From Azolla caroliniana (taxonomy: Eukaryota; Plantae; Polypodiophyta): a stretch of 64,000 nucleotides of DNA. Location of the stretch: assembly GCA_043228905.1 (NCBI GenBank), contig JBHGNT010000014.1, positions 12,958,001-13,022,000 on the forward strand, in the 5' to 3' direction. The notes beneath the pieces are model-generated. The model worked only from the letters and a program-made list of their open reading frames with translations, had not been told where the DNA came from and ran no database searches. The translations under genes were made by a program, and so were the position numbers. Of the stretch, positions 49,640 through 62,045 are shown one piece after another (position 1 is the stretch's first letter; the number at the start of each line of letters is the position of its first letter).

Positions 49640-52600
49640 TATGACAAGACTCAAACCCATGACCTTAGGTTATATGGGTCGAGCTTGTTGTCCATGGGAA
49701 AAAAAGATAAATTAGTTAAATGTAATATGTCGGTAGATAAGGCTAGTAGGTGAGGAAGGTAGAGTTTAGGAAAACGCCGAACTTCGAGCCTCAGAATCAG
49801 CCGATGGCTCAGCACTGTATGAAGAAAAAGTATATAAACCGAGGTCTGTGTACCTCGGTGAAGAGAGAGATATCGAGAGTATAGGCGAGGTCATTTTCAT
49901 AATTATAAGAGCTCTATAAGGTCACCGGCTGTGGGCCGTGGTTTTGTAATAATCAATAATTGTTTGCAGTAATACATATATATTAGCTCTTATTGTTTTC
50001 ATCTGTGTATCGTCGTTCCTACGATCTCAACTACATATACGCCTTGGGTTATATTCCGGGTATGCTCTCCGTTCTCTTCCCCTAACGACGCCTCCGTGCA
50101 TAAGTCTTCATGTTACACCTCCTTTGATATCGATATCCTGTAGGCATATCGAAGGTGTTTCCAACGAAACAGATAACACAATTTGGCAGGCCCGGTTACA
50201 GCTGTGAGATCACAGCGAACTACATTGAAGACAACCTTCAGCTGCCATTACGGCGCCCAATCGCTCCAAGCGGTCTCGGCCATTTGGCCGACGCCCAAAG
50301 CCAGTCGAAGGAACTTCCGACTTGGCGGTCACGGACCAGTCTTTCCAAGAAATATTAGAGGCTCACCGGTTGCAATCCTCGCCACTTGCTACTCGGTCGC
50401 AAGTTGATTCCACACCAACCTCTCCACCAAGCCCTTCAGAGGTCACCCACCCTGACCCTAACCCTTTTCTGGTTTTACCAAAAGATCCCGATTTCGATAC
50501 CATGCCATATCCTTACCCACGATACACTGACGGCCCCGACGCGGAGTCGCACATCCGTGCCTTCGTGTCCACCTGGCAGGCCAACCACTCAACGCAGCGA
50601 CTCTCACCTGCCGAAATCGAGGCGTCAAAAATCGCCGAGTTTACGCTATCCCTCGATGGACCAACTGCGCGATGGTATTCACGCCTCGACGCAGGGGAGT
50701 TTGTCACCTTCCAAGAAATTCGCATGCAGTTCCTAGAACTGTTCAATCACGAGGTGCCCAAATGAGAACTGCTCCGACAATTCTTTTCGATGAGACAAGA
50801 ATTGCACGAGACGGTCGCACAGTTCACGATCCGGTTCCGGGATCTCTATAGATAAGTGGCCGACAATGTCTCTGCACAACACATTCTGGACGCATTCTTG
50901 TCCAGCTTCCGGGAGCCTCTACGGAGGACTGTCACACTTACTAATTTTGCCAACCAAACGATCGAGCAAGTCATAGCGCGAGTCCTGGCCCTCGATCGGA
51001 CACAGCAAAGCACGGCTTTCTCTATGAGTTCACTGCAAGGCACCCTTCCCCAAGAGGACAATCACTGCCACCAAGCTCTCCAATGCACAGTTTGCTCGGG
51101 ATCAAGCCATCTGGCCCTCGAATGTCCTCACCCGCCATAGTGTGCGATCTGCTAGTCCCGATCTCACACTGTTGAGCAATGTGAATACAATATGCAAAAC
51201 CGCACAACGATGGCCCCGGTTCACCAGATTGAGCCGAGGGATACATACTCTCGTTAGGACGAGCGAAAATCCTACCAGAACCAAGATAACCAATGACACC
51301 GATCGCTAGATAGGCGGCGCGGTGATGACGATTACCGTTGGGACGACGACCGTTACTGAAATGACATCCGATGGAGAGCGGACGACCGCCGTGATCGCTA
51401 TCACAATGACTAGTATCGGGCAAACGACGATTATGATCGGTATGACGATGATCGGGATGACTGATACAATCAGAGAAATTCCCGTAATGATCGGCGCAAC
51501 TCTCACCGAGGATCACGCAACAATAGAAGGATTAACGACAACCGTCGTCGGGACCCCCCGCAAAATGAACCGCACAGCTCGAACGCGCCATGGACCAACC
51601 CACCAACACACGAGGCAAGGAATCAATCACACACCCTCCCCCCTACACACAAATCGGGTTGGCACCAGCAACTCGACCGTTGTTACCTGCTTCAAGTGCA
51701 ACCAACCCGGTCACTACGCTATGCAATGCCCAACAATAGACCACGGAAAGGCTCCGGCCGTGAATAGTATTATGGACAACGTGCAAAATGTCACAACACG
51801 TAGTAAAGCCCAGGCCACTCCATGGCAACTACAGGATAAAGTCTGGCAAGCAACCAAAGAATGGATTGATACAGCTAACAAAAACAATGTGGTGCAGATG
51901 TAGACAGAAATGGGAGACGCGACCATCGGAGCACCATAGTCCTCGGCACCATCCACATCGATAGAAGATGACTAGATGTGGGACGCCCCTACCAGTTCCA
52001 AGATCTCCCTACCTCTACATAAACTCTTACCACTCATGCCGCGTTTTCGGGATACCTTGGCTACACTCACGGCCAACACCCATTCCACCGCGCCACTTGT
52101 GCAGCTGACCAAGCCAGGAACGGGTCCACCCCTCATGGATGCTCAGAATCCAGCCATAAAAATTATGATTAAAGGATGGGGCCTGCACAGGTGCATAATC
52201 AACGACGGCTCTTGCGTGAATGTCATCAGCGAGGCTACCTGTCATAAACTCAGTCTGAATCAATGTGAACCTTGCCCCTTTTGGCTTCGGATGGCCGATA
52301 CACAATCGGTTTGCCCCATCGGATTAATCTGCCACCTCGACTTTACTCTAGGAGGCCACATGTTCACTATCTCGGCTGTTGTATTACGACTCAAAGCACA
52401 AGGCGCCTACCCAATGTTACTTAGCAGACCATGGTTGCACACAGCAAATATCAAATAGCATTGGCAGCACAACATGATCTCGTTTCGTCGAGGAAAAACC
52501 AAGGTCCGGATCATAACCATGCCCCACAATACCTCGCCGTTATACGCGGAAGGGGTGCACATGCTTGACGGGTTATCCGATGATGAGGTGGCTGACTTCC

Positions 52601-53587
52601 TAGAAGACCATCCCACACTATCATACCCCTCTTCAAAATTGACGCCATATCAGCAGTCAACACATCTCAAGACGAGGAGGTCATGGAGAATACACCTCCT
52701 CAGGACGAGCCCGATCCCACCACCATCGCAAAATTACGACACGCTCGAGACGCTTTTGAATGAGAACTCGCCATCTCCCAATGAGTGAAGGCATCAACGC
52801 TCGAAACACTGAACCTTGGTTTAGACGAGAACCCTCGCACCCTACAGATTGCTAATAACTTACCAGCCGGTGAACAAGCAACCCTCATACGCTTACTCAT
52901 CGATTACCAGGATGTATTCGCATGGTCTTACATGGATATGAAGGGTTTGGACCCTCAATACTACCAACACCAGATCCATTTTCTCCCTGACGCTCAGCCG
53001 ATTCAGCAAAGACGATACCGGATGAACCCCAATTATGCAGCTAAGGTCAAGGAAGAAATACACAAGCTCCTCTCAGTCGGGTTCATACAACCTGTAAAAC
53101 GCGCCACATGGTTAAGCCCAATCGTAGTCTTCCCCAAGAAAAACAGGAAAATCCGAGTCTGCGTCGACTACCACAAGCTTAATGCTGCAACGGTCACGGA
53201 TGGATTCCCTCTCCCGTTCACGGATATCGTTCTCGACACGGTGGCAGGTCACGAATGCTACAACTTTCTAGACGGGTTTAGTGGTTACAACCAAATCAGA
53301 ATGCACCCGGATGATCAGGATAAAACAACATTTGTCACAGAATGGGGTGTTTTCGTGGCAGAAGTAATGATGTTCGGTTTGAAAACGACACCGATCACGT
53401 TCCAGCGCATCATCACCAAAAAATTTAACGAGTATATCCTGGGGTTCATGCAAGTCTTTCTTGACGACTTCACCGTATATGGCCAACGACTAGAGCACAT
53501 GACCCAGTTACGTCTCTGTCTTGATCCATGTCGCCAGGCTCGGTTAAATTTAAACCCGGCAAAATGCGTGTTCTTGGTCACAAGTGG

Positions 53588-54442
53588 TGTCGTGCCTCTC
53601 GGCGCCGGATCGTTGCGTGAGTCGGGTGGGAACCACTGGGGTTTTGGACTAGGAGGAGGAAGAATTTGAGGCTAATCTAGTTATGAATATGAATAGATTA
53701 TAAGAAAGAGATATAGAAACTTGTGAATCCCACAAGTATAATTGTTTTAGTTTATCTTAATTGTAGTAATAAATTGAAATAGTTTAGAATAGATTAGAGT
53801 AGATTGAGAAAAGAGATCAAACCTTGTGAATACCACAAGTATTACGTTAATCAATATTTATGTAAGAATATGAATTTAGATTGAAAGAGATAGATTATAT
53901 AAAACTTTGTGAATCCCACAATTCTATTTTATTATTGGTGTTTTAGGAAATATATCCAATTTCCCAAATATTTCACACACTTACATTGTGCTCCTCATCC
54001 TTAGATAGAGATGAGAGAGTCTTAGCAATCCATGCATTTTCTTTTCTAATTGTAGACTCCATGCTTTTCCTATAGATAGACTATATGCTTTATCTGAAGT
54101 GATCATGCTTTTTCTAACTTGTGCATTTTATTATTATTATTATCAACTATAGCGTTCATGCACGCTAGATGTGCATGCGTAGCTTTTATTTTTAGCATGC
54201 GTTTTTCTTTTAACTAAAGTTTATCCTAGGTGAACTAAGCTTTCTATGTGGAACATCTACTTTTGAACACTAATGAAATGTTAGTGTAATGGTAAGACAT
54301 TACATTATTAACATGGAGGTGCAAGGTTCGAATCTTACCTTATGCATGTTATATATATTTTAATATTTCCTACTATTTGTTCATATTTATTAAATCGGTA
54401 CTTTATAAGTTTTTCACATAGTGTACGAAATACACTACGACA
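53588..54442 (-). mobile_element. Solo LTR (family S) inserted in the G4 RT
   Basis: TGTCGT...ACGACA inverted termini; interrupts VTSG|LLGHIV; homologous to 9997-10592. Confidence 0.8.
54282..54345 (+). other. tRNA-derived A-box/B-box cassette in the family S LTR (more degenerate copy at about 10431-10490)
   Basis: A-box TAGTGTAATGG at 54282-54292 and B-box GGTTCGAATC at 54325-54334 have tRNA-like spacing. No intact cloverleaf. Confidence 0.6.
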
Positions 54443-57052
54443 ACGACAACCTACTCGGGCACATCGTTAGTCAAGAAGTCATCGACATGGACCCGGATAA
54501 AGTACAAGCCATCCTAAACGCTTCCACACCTCGAACACAAAGGCCCTCAGCCGATTTCTGGGACAAATCAGATGGCACAGCCGGATAATACGCCACCTGG
54601 TCGATTTCGCGACACCACTACACGCGACAGTGCATCAACTTCCTTTTCAATGGACTTCAATCGAGGACGAGGCTTACCAAGCTTTGAAATTAATGCTCTC
54701 GCATGCCCCAGTTGTACAGCCCCCGATATGGTCGAAACCTTTTCACGTCTTCGTGGACGCATCAAATATCGCCATCGGGAGCGCACTTATGCAATGCACA
54801 CCCCCAATTTGGTATCGACCAGTGTATTATGCTAGCCGACGTCTCTCGGCTTCAGAAAAGAAGTCTTAATCCACCGAACGAGAGGCCCTCAGTATGATCT
54901 ACAACATCAGTAAATTTCGGCATTACCTCTTACGCCGAAAATTCACATTTCACGTCGATCACTCACACCTCCTTTACCTGGTCAATAAACAAGCCCTGAT
55001 AGGTCGACTGATCGATGGATGCTCCTGTTACAAGAGTTTGATTTTCATATACAACATCGACCCAGAGTTCAACACGCCATCGCTGAATACCTAAGCCACC
55101 TCAAGTCAGGGGACACTGCCGAGTCCACGTATGACGATTTACCCGATGCCGGCCTATTTAATCTCACAACACTACCAGACGACAAAGAAGATGAATGGAT
55201 CACGAAGATGACCCATTTCCTTAGTTCTAGCCTGCCTCCCGACCACATGCCCCTCGATGCGCGGAAACGACTCGCAGTACAAAGCCGAAACTTTTGTCTC
55301 GTTTCCGACATCCTCTACCACAAAAGCTCGGACGGAATATGACGCTGGGCAATTCGACAATTCGAGAAGAAGGCCATCCTCCAAGAGGCCCACCTAGGAA
55401 TCTGCGATAGACTCTACGCCGGAGAGTCCACGACAAGGAAAGTATGGCAGAGTGGGTTATGGTGGGCTACAACGAAAAAGGATGCCCACAAGTTTTGTCG
55501 GCAGTGCGAATTGTGCCAACGGTTGGGACAACCGATGGAACAAGCTTGAATGCCACACCAACCCGTTCTTCCATTAGAAACATTAAAAAATGGGGGTTAG
55601 ATTTTGTGGGACCCTTCAAACCAGTTGCGGCCCGAACAGGTAATAAGTATATCATCGTGGCCACGGACTACTGCACAAAATGGGTAGAGGCAAAGGCTTT
55701 ACGAGACAACATGGCAACATCCACGGCAAAATTCGTGTACGAACATCTCTGGTGTTGTTATGGATGCCCAATTGAGCTCGTTAGTGACCAAGCTGGGCAC
55801 TTTATAAACCATATAATACACAAGCTTACGACACACTACGTGGTTGTACATAAGAAAAGTACACCATACTACCCGCAGGCAAACGGATTGGCAGAATCGA
55901 CTAACAAAATTCTCCAAAAAATCCTGAAGAAGATCGTTAACAAGAACTGCACCAATTGGGATGACAAGCTCCAGAGTGCACTATGGGCTTATCGCACTAC
56001 ATTCAAAATGAGCATTCAATCCACCCCCTTTCGGATGGCTTTTGGTCTCGAAGCCGTTATGCCCATCGAGTTCCAAGTTCTAAGTCTCCGAGTTCAAGTT
56101 AAAGCAAGGCTCCCCGAGGCCCAATCTGAACAAATTAGGCTGGAACAACTCCTTGAACTTGGCGAGGACCGAGTAGCGAGCATGGCCCAACTTGAACAGT
56201 GACAACGACAATGGAAAGCCTTTGTGGACCGACATCGGAAAGGATTGGAACAAGAACTGACCATCGGCAAACCGGCCCTCGTTTTCCAGACACGACTCGG
56301 TGCCATGCAAGGGAAACTACGATTTCGATGGACCGGCCCCTTCTGGATTATTGACGAGTTTAACGGCACGTTCCAGCTCGGCACCCTCGCCGAGGAAATT
56401 GTCAAAAGCTAGGTGAATGGATTCCGATTGCGACTGTACCAGGGAAATACCGCAGCCAACCCTTTCGTCGAGTCTCACGACACGGACAATGCCACGAAGG
56501 AGGCTACACGTCCCCCTTGGTAAGAACCCACCAACATTCCAAAGTGTACATTAGGTAGGATTAGGCATAGTTTTAGCAATTAGTTAGTTCCACCTAAAAC
56601 ACCTACCACATCACCCAAATCACGTCATGTTTAGAGGCACACACTAGTCACTTTCACATTCACTTAAGTATTTAAAGGCACATGCACAACATCCAAGGCC
56701 CAACACTAACTCCCTAGGACATGTGGCCATAATATCCTATTATGGCATCCACGACCAAGAATCTTCAGGCTCCTCTTCATGCACAAAACCCTAGGCATTT
56801 GCTAAAAAACAGTTACCCCAAGCACACCCCACACACAAACATTTTCTTGTACACACAACCTTCATCACTCCCACGCTCTCAACCCTCCTTTCGCTCTCAA
56901 CGCTTTCATCGCTCCCACCACTCTTGCTCACAAGCCCTCTCTTGTCCTCATAGCCCCTCTACTGCACCACAACCATCTCCTTCCCGCACTCTTTCTCGGC
57001 CTGATCTCATCCTCCTTCCCCAATCTTCCACACAACAGAACCCCGAGTCCAT

Positions 57053-60000
57053 TATGCCTCTTGCAGCTTCACAGGAAACCCGCTCCTAGCTTCAGGAATG
57101 ATGATTGGGTGGTTATTTAAAGGTAATTGATTCCCCTACACACCCTGATGCCCAAGCGGTTGCACGCCAAATCCACCCGGACACAGTCAACAACAATATG
57201 ATTCGTGCTGCCTTGGACCTGAAGCGAGGAGGTGATCATGAAGTAGAGATTCCCCCTTCCATGACCCTGAAGGAATACTTTGGTGCGTATTCCATATCTG
57301 GTAAGGCTTATTGCACCTACGGTGGATCCAACAAGGCATTCGGAGAAATCGCTCACATCCTGATGGAGTACGCATTCGTGCATACTAGCCCTACCAGTTT
57401 GCCACAGAACAAAGTGGCGATCATTATTAGTGCATACAAGGGAAACAAAATCGATTGGGGAATCATCACCGGCGAAGGAGTCTGCGCGGCGCTCGAATCC
57501 TTCCAAACCGGTAAGCGTTTGTTGACTGTGATCAATCATTTCCTCACAATCCTCTACCCACCTCCTTCGGTTTCCCCTCAACACATCATGACCTCTCCAC
57601 CACCACCAAGGAAACAAGGGAGAGGATTTTGGCGATAACCTAGGATGAATGGGAAGATCCCTCGCCTTCTCCACCTCCGTCAGGCGTTCAGAACCCCACC
57701 TCCGCCTCGGCACCACCCCCACCAAAAACACTAAAACAATGGGTGGTCGCATCAACCCGTGTCGAATGGGATGAGGTCGAGGGTGTCACCATACGCCAGA
57801 AGCCACCATGGACATCAATGACCTCTCCCCAACCGAGCCCACAGCCCACAAGGCAGCAGCCCTCGGCCATCTGGCAGCAAAAGAGGAAACAGGCCGAGGA
57901 GCCAACACCACCAGCCCCGGATGCACAGGATCAACCGCCAAAAAGACGTCGCATCATTCGAGAGGAAACCACAAAAATCAAGGGCGACCATCATCATAAA
58001 TCAAAAGAGGCTAGCCCCACCTCCACGGATATGGTACTAGCGGAGTCATGGCTCCAAGTTGGTACGATCAAGCATGGACAAACCACGCAGATATCAGAGG
58101 AGGAAGTCCTCGGTTACAAAGATGTCCCCGCGGAGGCATACGAGTTCAGTGCACTACTTCAACTAGGCACAACTTATGAGTTAATGGATTTTCTCGCACA
58201 CGCCCAAGTAGCTGCCGCCGCTCGTATGGCCGAGGAGCATGCCGAAACAAAGATGATTCAACGCGCTCTAATGGGTGAAATCGAACCTCACGAGGATCGA
58301 GCCTTACAGAAGATAGGACAGAAAAAGCAAGCACAGAATGCTTCGCTCCTCATGGAACTACCAGATCTAAACATGGCCTTGGTCGAGGCATATCGCAATC
58401 TGCACCACACTACTCGGGCAGCGAAGGACATGGCCTGACGTATCAAAACGGCACATCAGCAAGCCAAATGGGCTACCGAGCTATGGCAAGCCGCCGAGGA
58501 GAAACTGGCGACATTCAACCAGCAACAGCTGCCCTTAAGCCTCCTTGCGCCGAGTGACGCTGTCTCACCAGCCACTCTTCCGAACCCGAGCCCGAGTGTT
58601 GAAGGTACCGACGCACACAAAGACGACACCACCCACCCCAAGGTAGCCACAGCCGAGGCCAGCACAATGACGAACTCAGTACAGACAAGTGAGCCATCGT
58701 CACAAGCAAAAACCAGCCCGTACCCCCAAACCAGCCAAGCCTCCACGCAAACGCCACCACCCCTGCACGTCATGGAACGATCGTCATAGATAGACAGGGA
58801 GCCCTCGCTCCAAATCCAACAAGCGGCAACCCAGTCAGGGCCTCCCCTTCGGAACTACCAGGAGGAGCTTCAGGCCCATATCGCTCTGGCCGAATTGGCA
58901 AAACAGAACCACAACAACATTCTTGGCCAGCTATGGGAACAAGTCGCGAGCTGCGAAGCGAACCTCAAGCGACTGCTTGCTGAAAGGTCGGCCTCACTTG
59001 AAGCACGAGAATGAGAGGTGATGACCCTCCAGGTCTCTATCACTGAGGCCAAAGAACATTTCATCAAAGAAACCGAGCAGAATAGCCAACGGGAACAAGA
59101 GCTCTTCGCAGACAACCAGGAATTACGAAGTCATCAAAGAGCATTACAAGACATGGCCAACGAACATATGCAAAAGTGGAGGATCTCAAAGGAGCAGAGG
59201 GCCAAAATTTCCGATGCATATCACTAGTTGCAAACCGAGCACATCGCCGCCAAAGAAGAACATCGGGATGCTTGGCGACAAGACATGGACGAAACTGCAG
59301 CTTAGCTCACCACACGCTATGAGTAGACAATCGCGCTCATCACCGAAAAAGCCAAAGATAATCAAGCTACTTTAGCACTCCTCGTCCACAAAAGCCAAGT
59401 AGAAGCCAAGGCTGCAAGGGAGGCAATGGAAGTTCACCGCGCTTGCATCAGCATGGACGATACTAAAATCAAGGCCCTAATCAACAAGTATCGCCAGCAA
59501 TTCACCACAAAGATCAAAGAAACGCTTGACCATGTCTGGCAGGGGTGGTCAGCCCAACCCGCGGACCTACACATACTACGCGCGGATGCCAAGAATCCAC
59601 GGAAGGAGGGCTGAGGGTTTTACAAGATGGATGACACTAACATCCAGACCCTCCATGAGGACTTAACTGAGGAATATCATACCTTAGCAGCTTCCCACAC
59701 CGCGGCCATCGAGCAACTCTTGGAGGAATTCAACGACGATCTAATGGTGTTTCGATTAGAAGCCGAATCATACGAGGAGGAATGACTCACTACCGGGATT
59801 GACAGAGCTCCCACCACCACCGAGCAAGGACCCGAGCAACTCACCACAACAACTCGACCGGAGGAACCTACCCCTACAGACCTCCACATCCCACCGGAGC
59901 CCCAAACTAGAACCCTGACCCTGCCTGAACCGGTTCCAACAGAGGAGGCCACACACATCAGCACAACCATCCCCGACTCGACAACACAACCTCCATCACC

Positions 60001-60070
60001 AACCCCACCTGCCGAGCAGCCAAACCAACCCCATGCCGAGGATATCCTCGGCATATTGGAAGAGGAATAA
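57053..60070 (+). pseudogene. G4 extra ORF (about 1000 codons, decayed): conserved N-domain, Pro-rich linker, coiled-coil-like region, Pro/Thr/acidic tail
   Basis: ORF pieces at 57105-57638, 57743-58438, 59018-59227 and 59426-59614 have blocks homologous to the G1 and G2 extra ORFs. Confidence 0.75.
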
Positions 60071-60957
60071 AACCAAACTATAAGCCCTCATAGGAACGGG
60101 CAAATTTTGTAATTTGTGTTGTTTTGCCAAACCCATGGTGAACCGTGGGTCCGACGGACAAAGTCCTGTCCCACGGGCGTGCTAGGTGTTTTCCATGGGA
60201 CAAAAAGATAAATTAGTTAAATGTAATATGCCGGTAGGTAAGGCTAGTAGGTGAGGAAGGTAGTGTTTAGGAAAACGCCGAGCTTCGAGCCTCACAGTCA
60301 GCCGACGGCTTGGCGCTATATGAAGAAAAAGTATATAAACCGAGGTGTGCGTACCTCGGTGAAGAGAGAGATATCGAGAGTATAGGCGAGGTCGTTTTCA
60401 TAATTATAAGAGATCTGTAAGGTCACCGGCTATGGGCCGTGGTTTTGTAATCATCGATAACTGTTTGCAGTAATACATATCTATTAGCTCTTATTGTTTT
60501 CATCTGTGTACTGTCGTTCCTACGATCTCAACTACGTATACGCCCCGGGTTATATTCCCGGTATGCTCTCCGTTCTCTTCCCCTAACGACACCTCCGTGC
60601 ACAAGTCTTCACGTTACACTTCCCTTGATACCGATAGCCTATAGGCATATCGAAGGTGTTTCCAACGAAATGGATAACAGAGCTCTTGACCATTATACCA
60701 TCTATTGTAATACGTAGGATATTATTTTCATTTAAGTTTTATAGGAAATTAATGTGTATTCTAGATTTCTCTGGAACATTCTAGAAGCTTCAGGATTACT
60801 CCTGAGAACACTATAAAAGAAGGCACTAGGCATTATGTTGAACCAAATTGGTTCAACGCCAGTCTTAAGCCTCTTAGCCATTTTGTACTTATCCTTCACA
60901 TAATATATTAGCTGTTATCATCATCTCTCTCTCTCTCTTCCTCGCTATATCTCTTTT

Positions 60958-60990
<33 letters not shown>

Positions 60991-61434
60991 GGAATCTTGC
61001 GCAATCCCGTCCTCTTAGTACTAATAGTACTAATTCCCTCTCTGCTTTAGTACTATTCTTGATAGTGACTAGTGTTGAATCCCTTCAAACGGACCAAGGA
61101 GGTTACAAGTATTTATACAAGTTCTGAGATTGAGTATGTCTAGAATATACCTAACAAATATCTCTAGAATATACCCATTTAGAATACACCATAGAATATT
61201 TCTAGAATATAGTCAAGGCTGTAGAATATTCTAGAATGTGTATATTGTAGAATATACAATACTCTCTTACATACAAACACATGCTCATATTCAGATGGTT
61301 GAGTAAGATGTCTTGTAGATGTGAGGTTGTAGGTTCAATCGTCACTAACTACGTATTTGACGTCGTTATGTCGTGACATTATCCTCCCCTTTATGACTGC
61401 CTTTTCGAAAGCATGGTGTAGGGGTGGACGGGAA

Positions 61435-62045
61435 TCGGAGCACTGACAAAGCGTGAGGAACCCGATGTTGTCCTCACCAGAGACTAGAACACCAACGGAT
61501 GTGAGAGACCATGTACGGTCCTCATGGATGATTGGAACACCGATAGGTGTGAGCGACCATGTACAATCCACATCACAGATTAGAACCTCGATGGGTGTGA
61601 GTGATAATGTGTGACCCTCATTGAGGACTAGAACACTGACAGACGTGAGCGACCATGTGCATTCCTCATCGGGAACATGAACGGGCATGTGCAACCATGC
61701 AAACCTCATCGGGAACTAGAACACGAACAGGAGTGAGCAACCATGCGGCCCTCACCGGGAACTGGAACACGAACAAACGTAAGCAACCATGCGGTCCTCA
61801 CCGGGAATTAGACCATGAACGAGAGTGAACGACCATGCGGCCCTCAATGGGAACTAGAACACGAATGGACATGAGGGACCATGCGGTCGTCATCGGAAAC
61901 TGGAACACAAATGATGTAAGTGACCATGCAGCCCTCACCAAGAACTAGAACATGAACCGAAGTGAGCGACCATGTTTTCCTCATTGAGAATTGGAACACG
62001 AATGGGAGTGAGCGACCATGCGGTTCTCACTGAGAATTCGAACAA
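61435..62045. repeat. 46-48-bp tandem array (about 13 diverged units) inside element N
   Basis: Unit approximately GGGAACTAGAACACGAACGGGAGTGAGCGACCATGCGGCCCTCACC; units start at 61711, 61757 and 61803 (period 46). Confidence 0.9.

Larger units (their letters stand above)
49686..60679 (+). mobile_element. Ty3/gypsy element G4 (same group as G1/G2), full length but degenerate, inserted in the CH 3' LTR
   Basis: Perfect TSD GAGCT (49681-49685 and 60680-60684); 493-bp LTRs at 49686-50178 and 60187-60679. Gag with TCFKCNQPGHYAMQC, protease at about 52190, RT with VFLDDF, RNase H, integrase WGLDFVGP, and an extra ORF at about 57053-60070. Confidence 0.95.
44508..61064 (+). mobile_element. Chromodomain-bearing Ty3/gypsy element CH (chromovirus, Tcn1-like), degenerate
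   Basis: 5' LTR at 44508-44960; 3' LTR at 49632-49685 plus 60680-61064. The TSD ATAAC/GTGAC is one change from ATGAC on each side, the sequence seen at the matching site of N's other LTR (62761). PPT AAGGGGGAGATAG before 49632. Confidence 0.92.

Noticed and set aside
53450-53475. FLDD instead of YxDD in the gypsy RT
   Set aside because: FxDD is a known variant in plant non-chromoviral gypsy RTs such as Athila.
54270-54350. Functional tRNA gene (also at about 10430, 44520, 61290 and 62930)
   Set aside because: Only the A/B boxes and partial arms are recognisable; the acceptor and anticodon stems do not pair, so these are reported as tRNA-derived LTR segments.
61435-62045. CRISPR-like array
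   Set aside because: The units are head-to-tail degenerate copies with no unique spacers, there are no cas genes, and the context is a eukaryotic LTR element.
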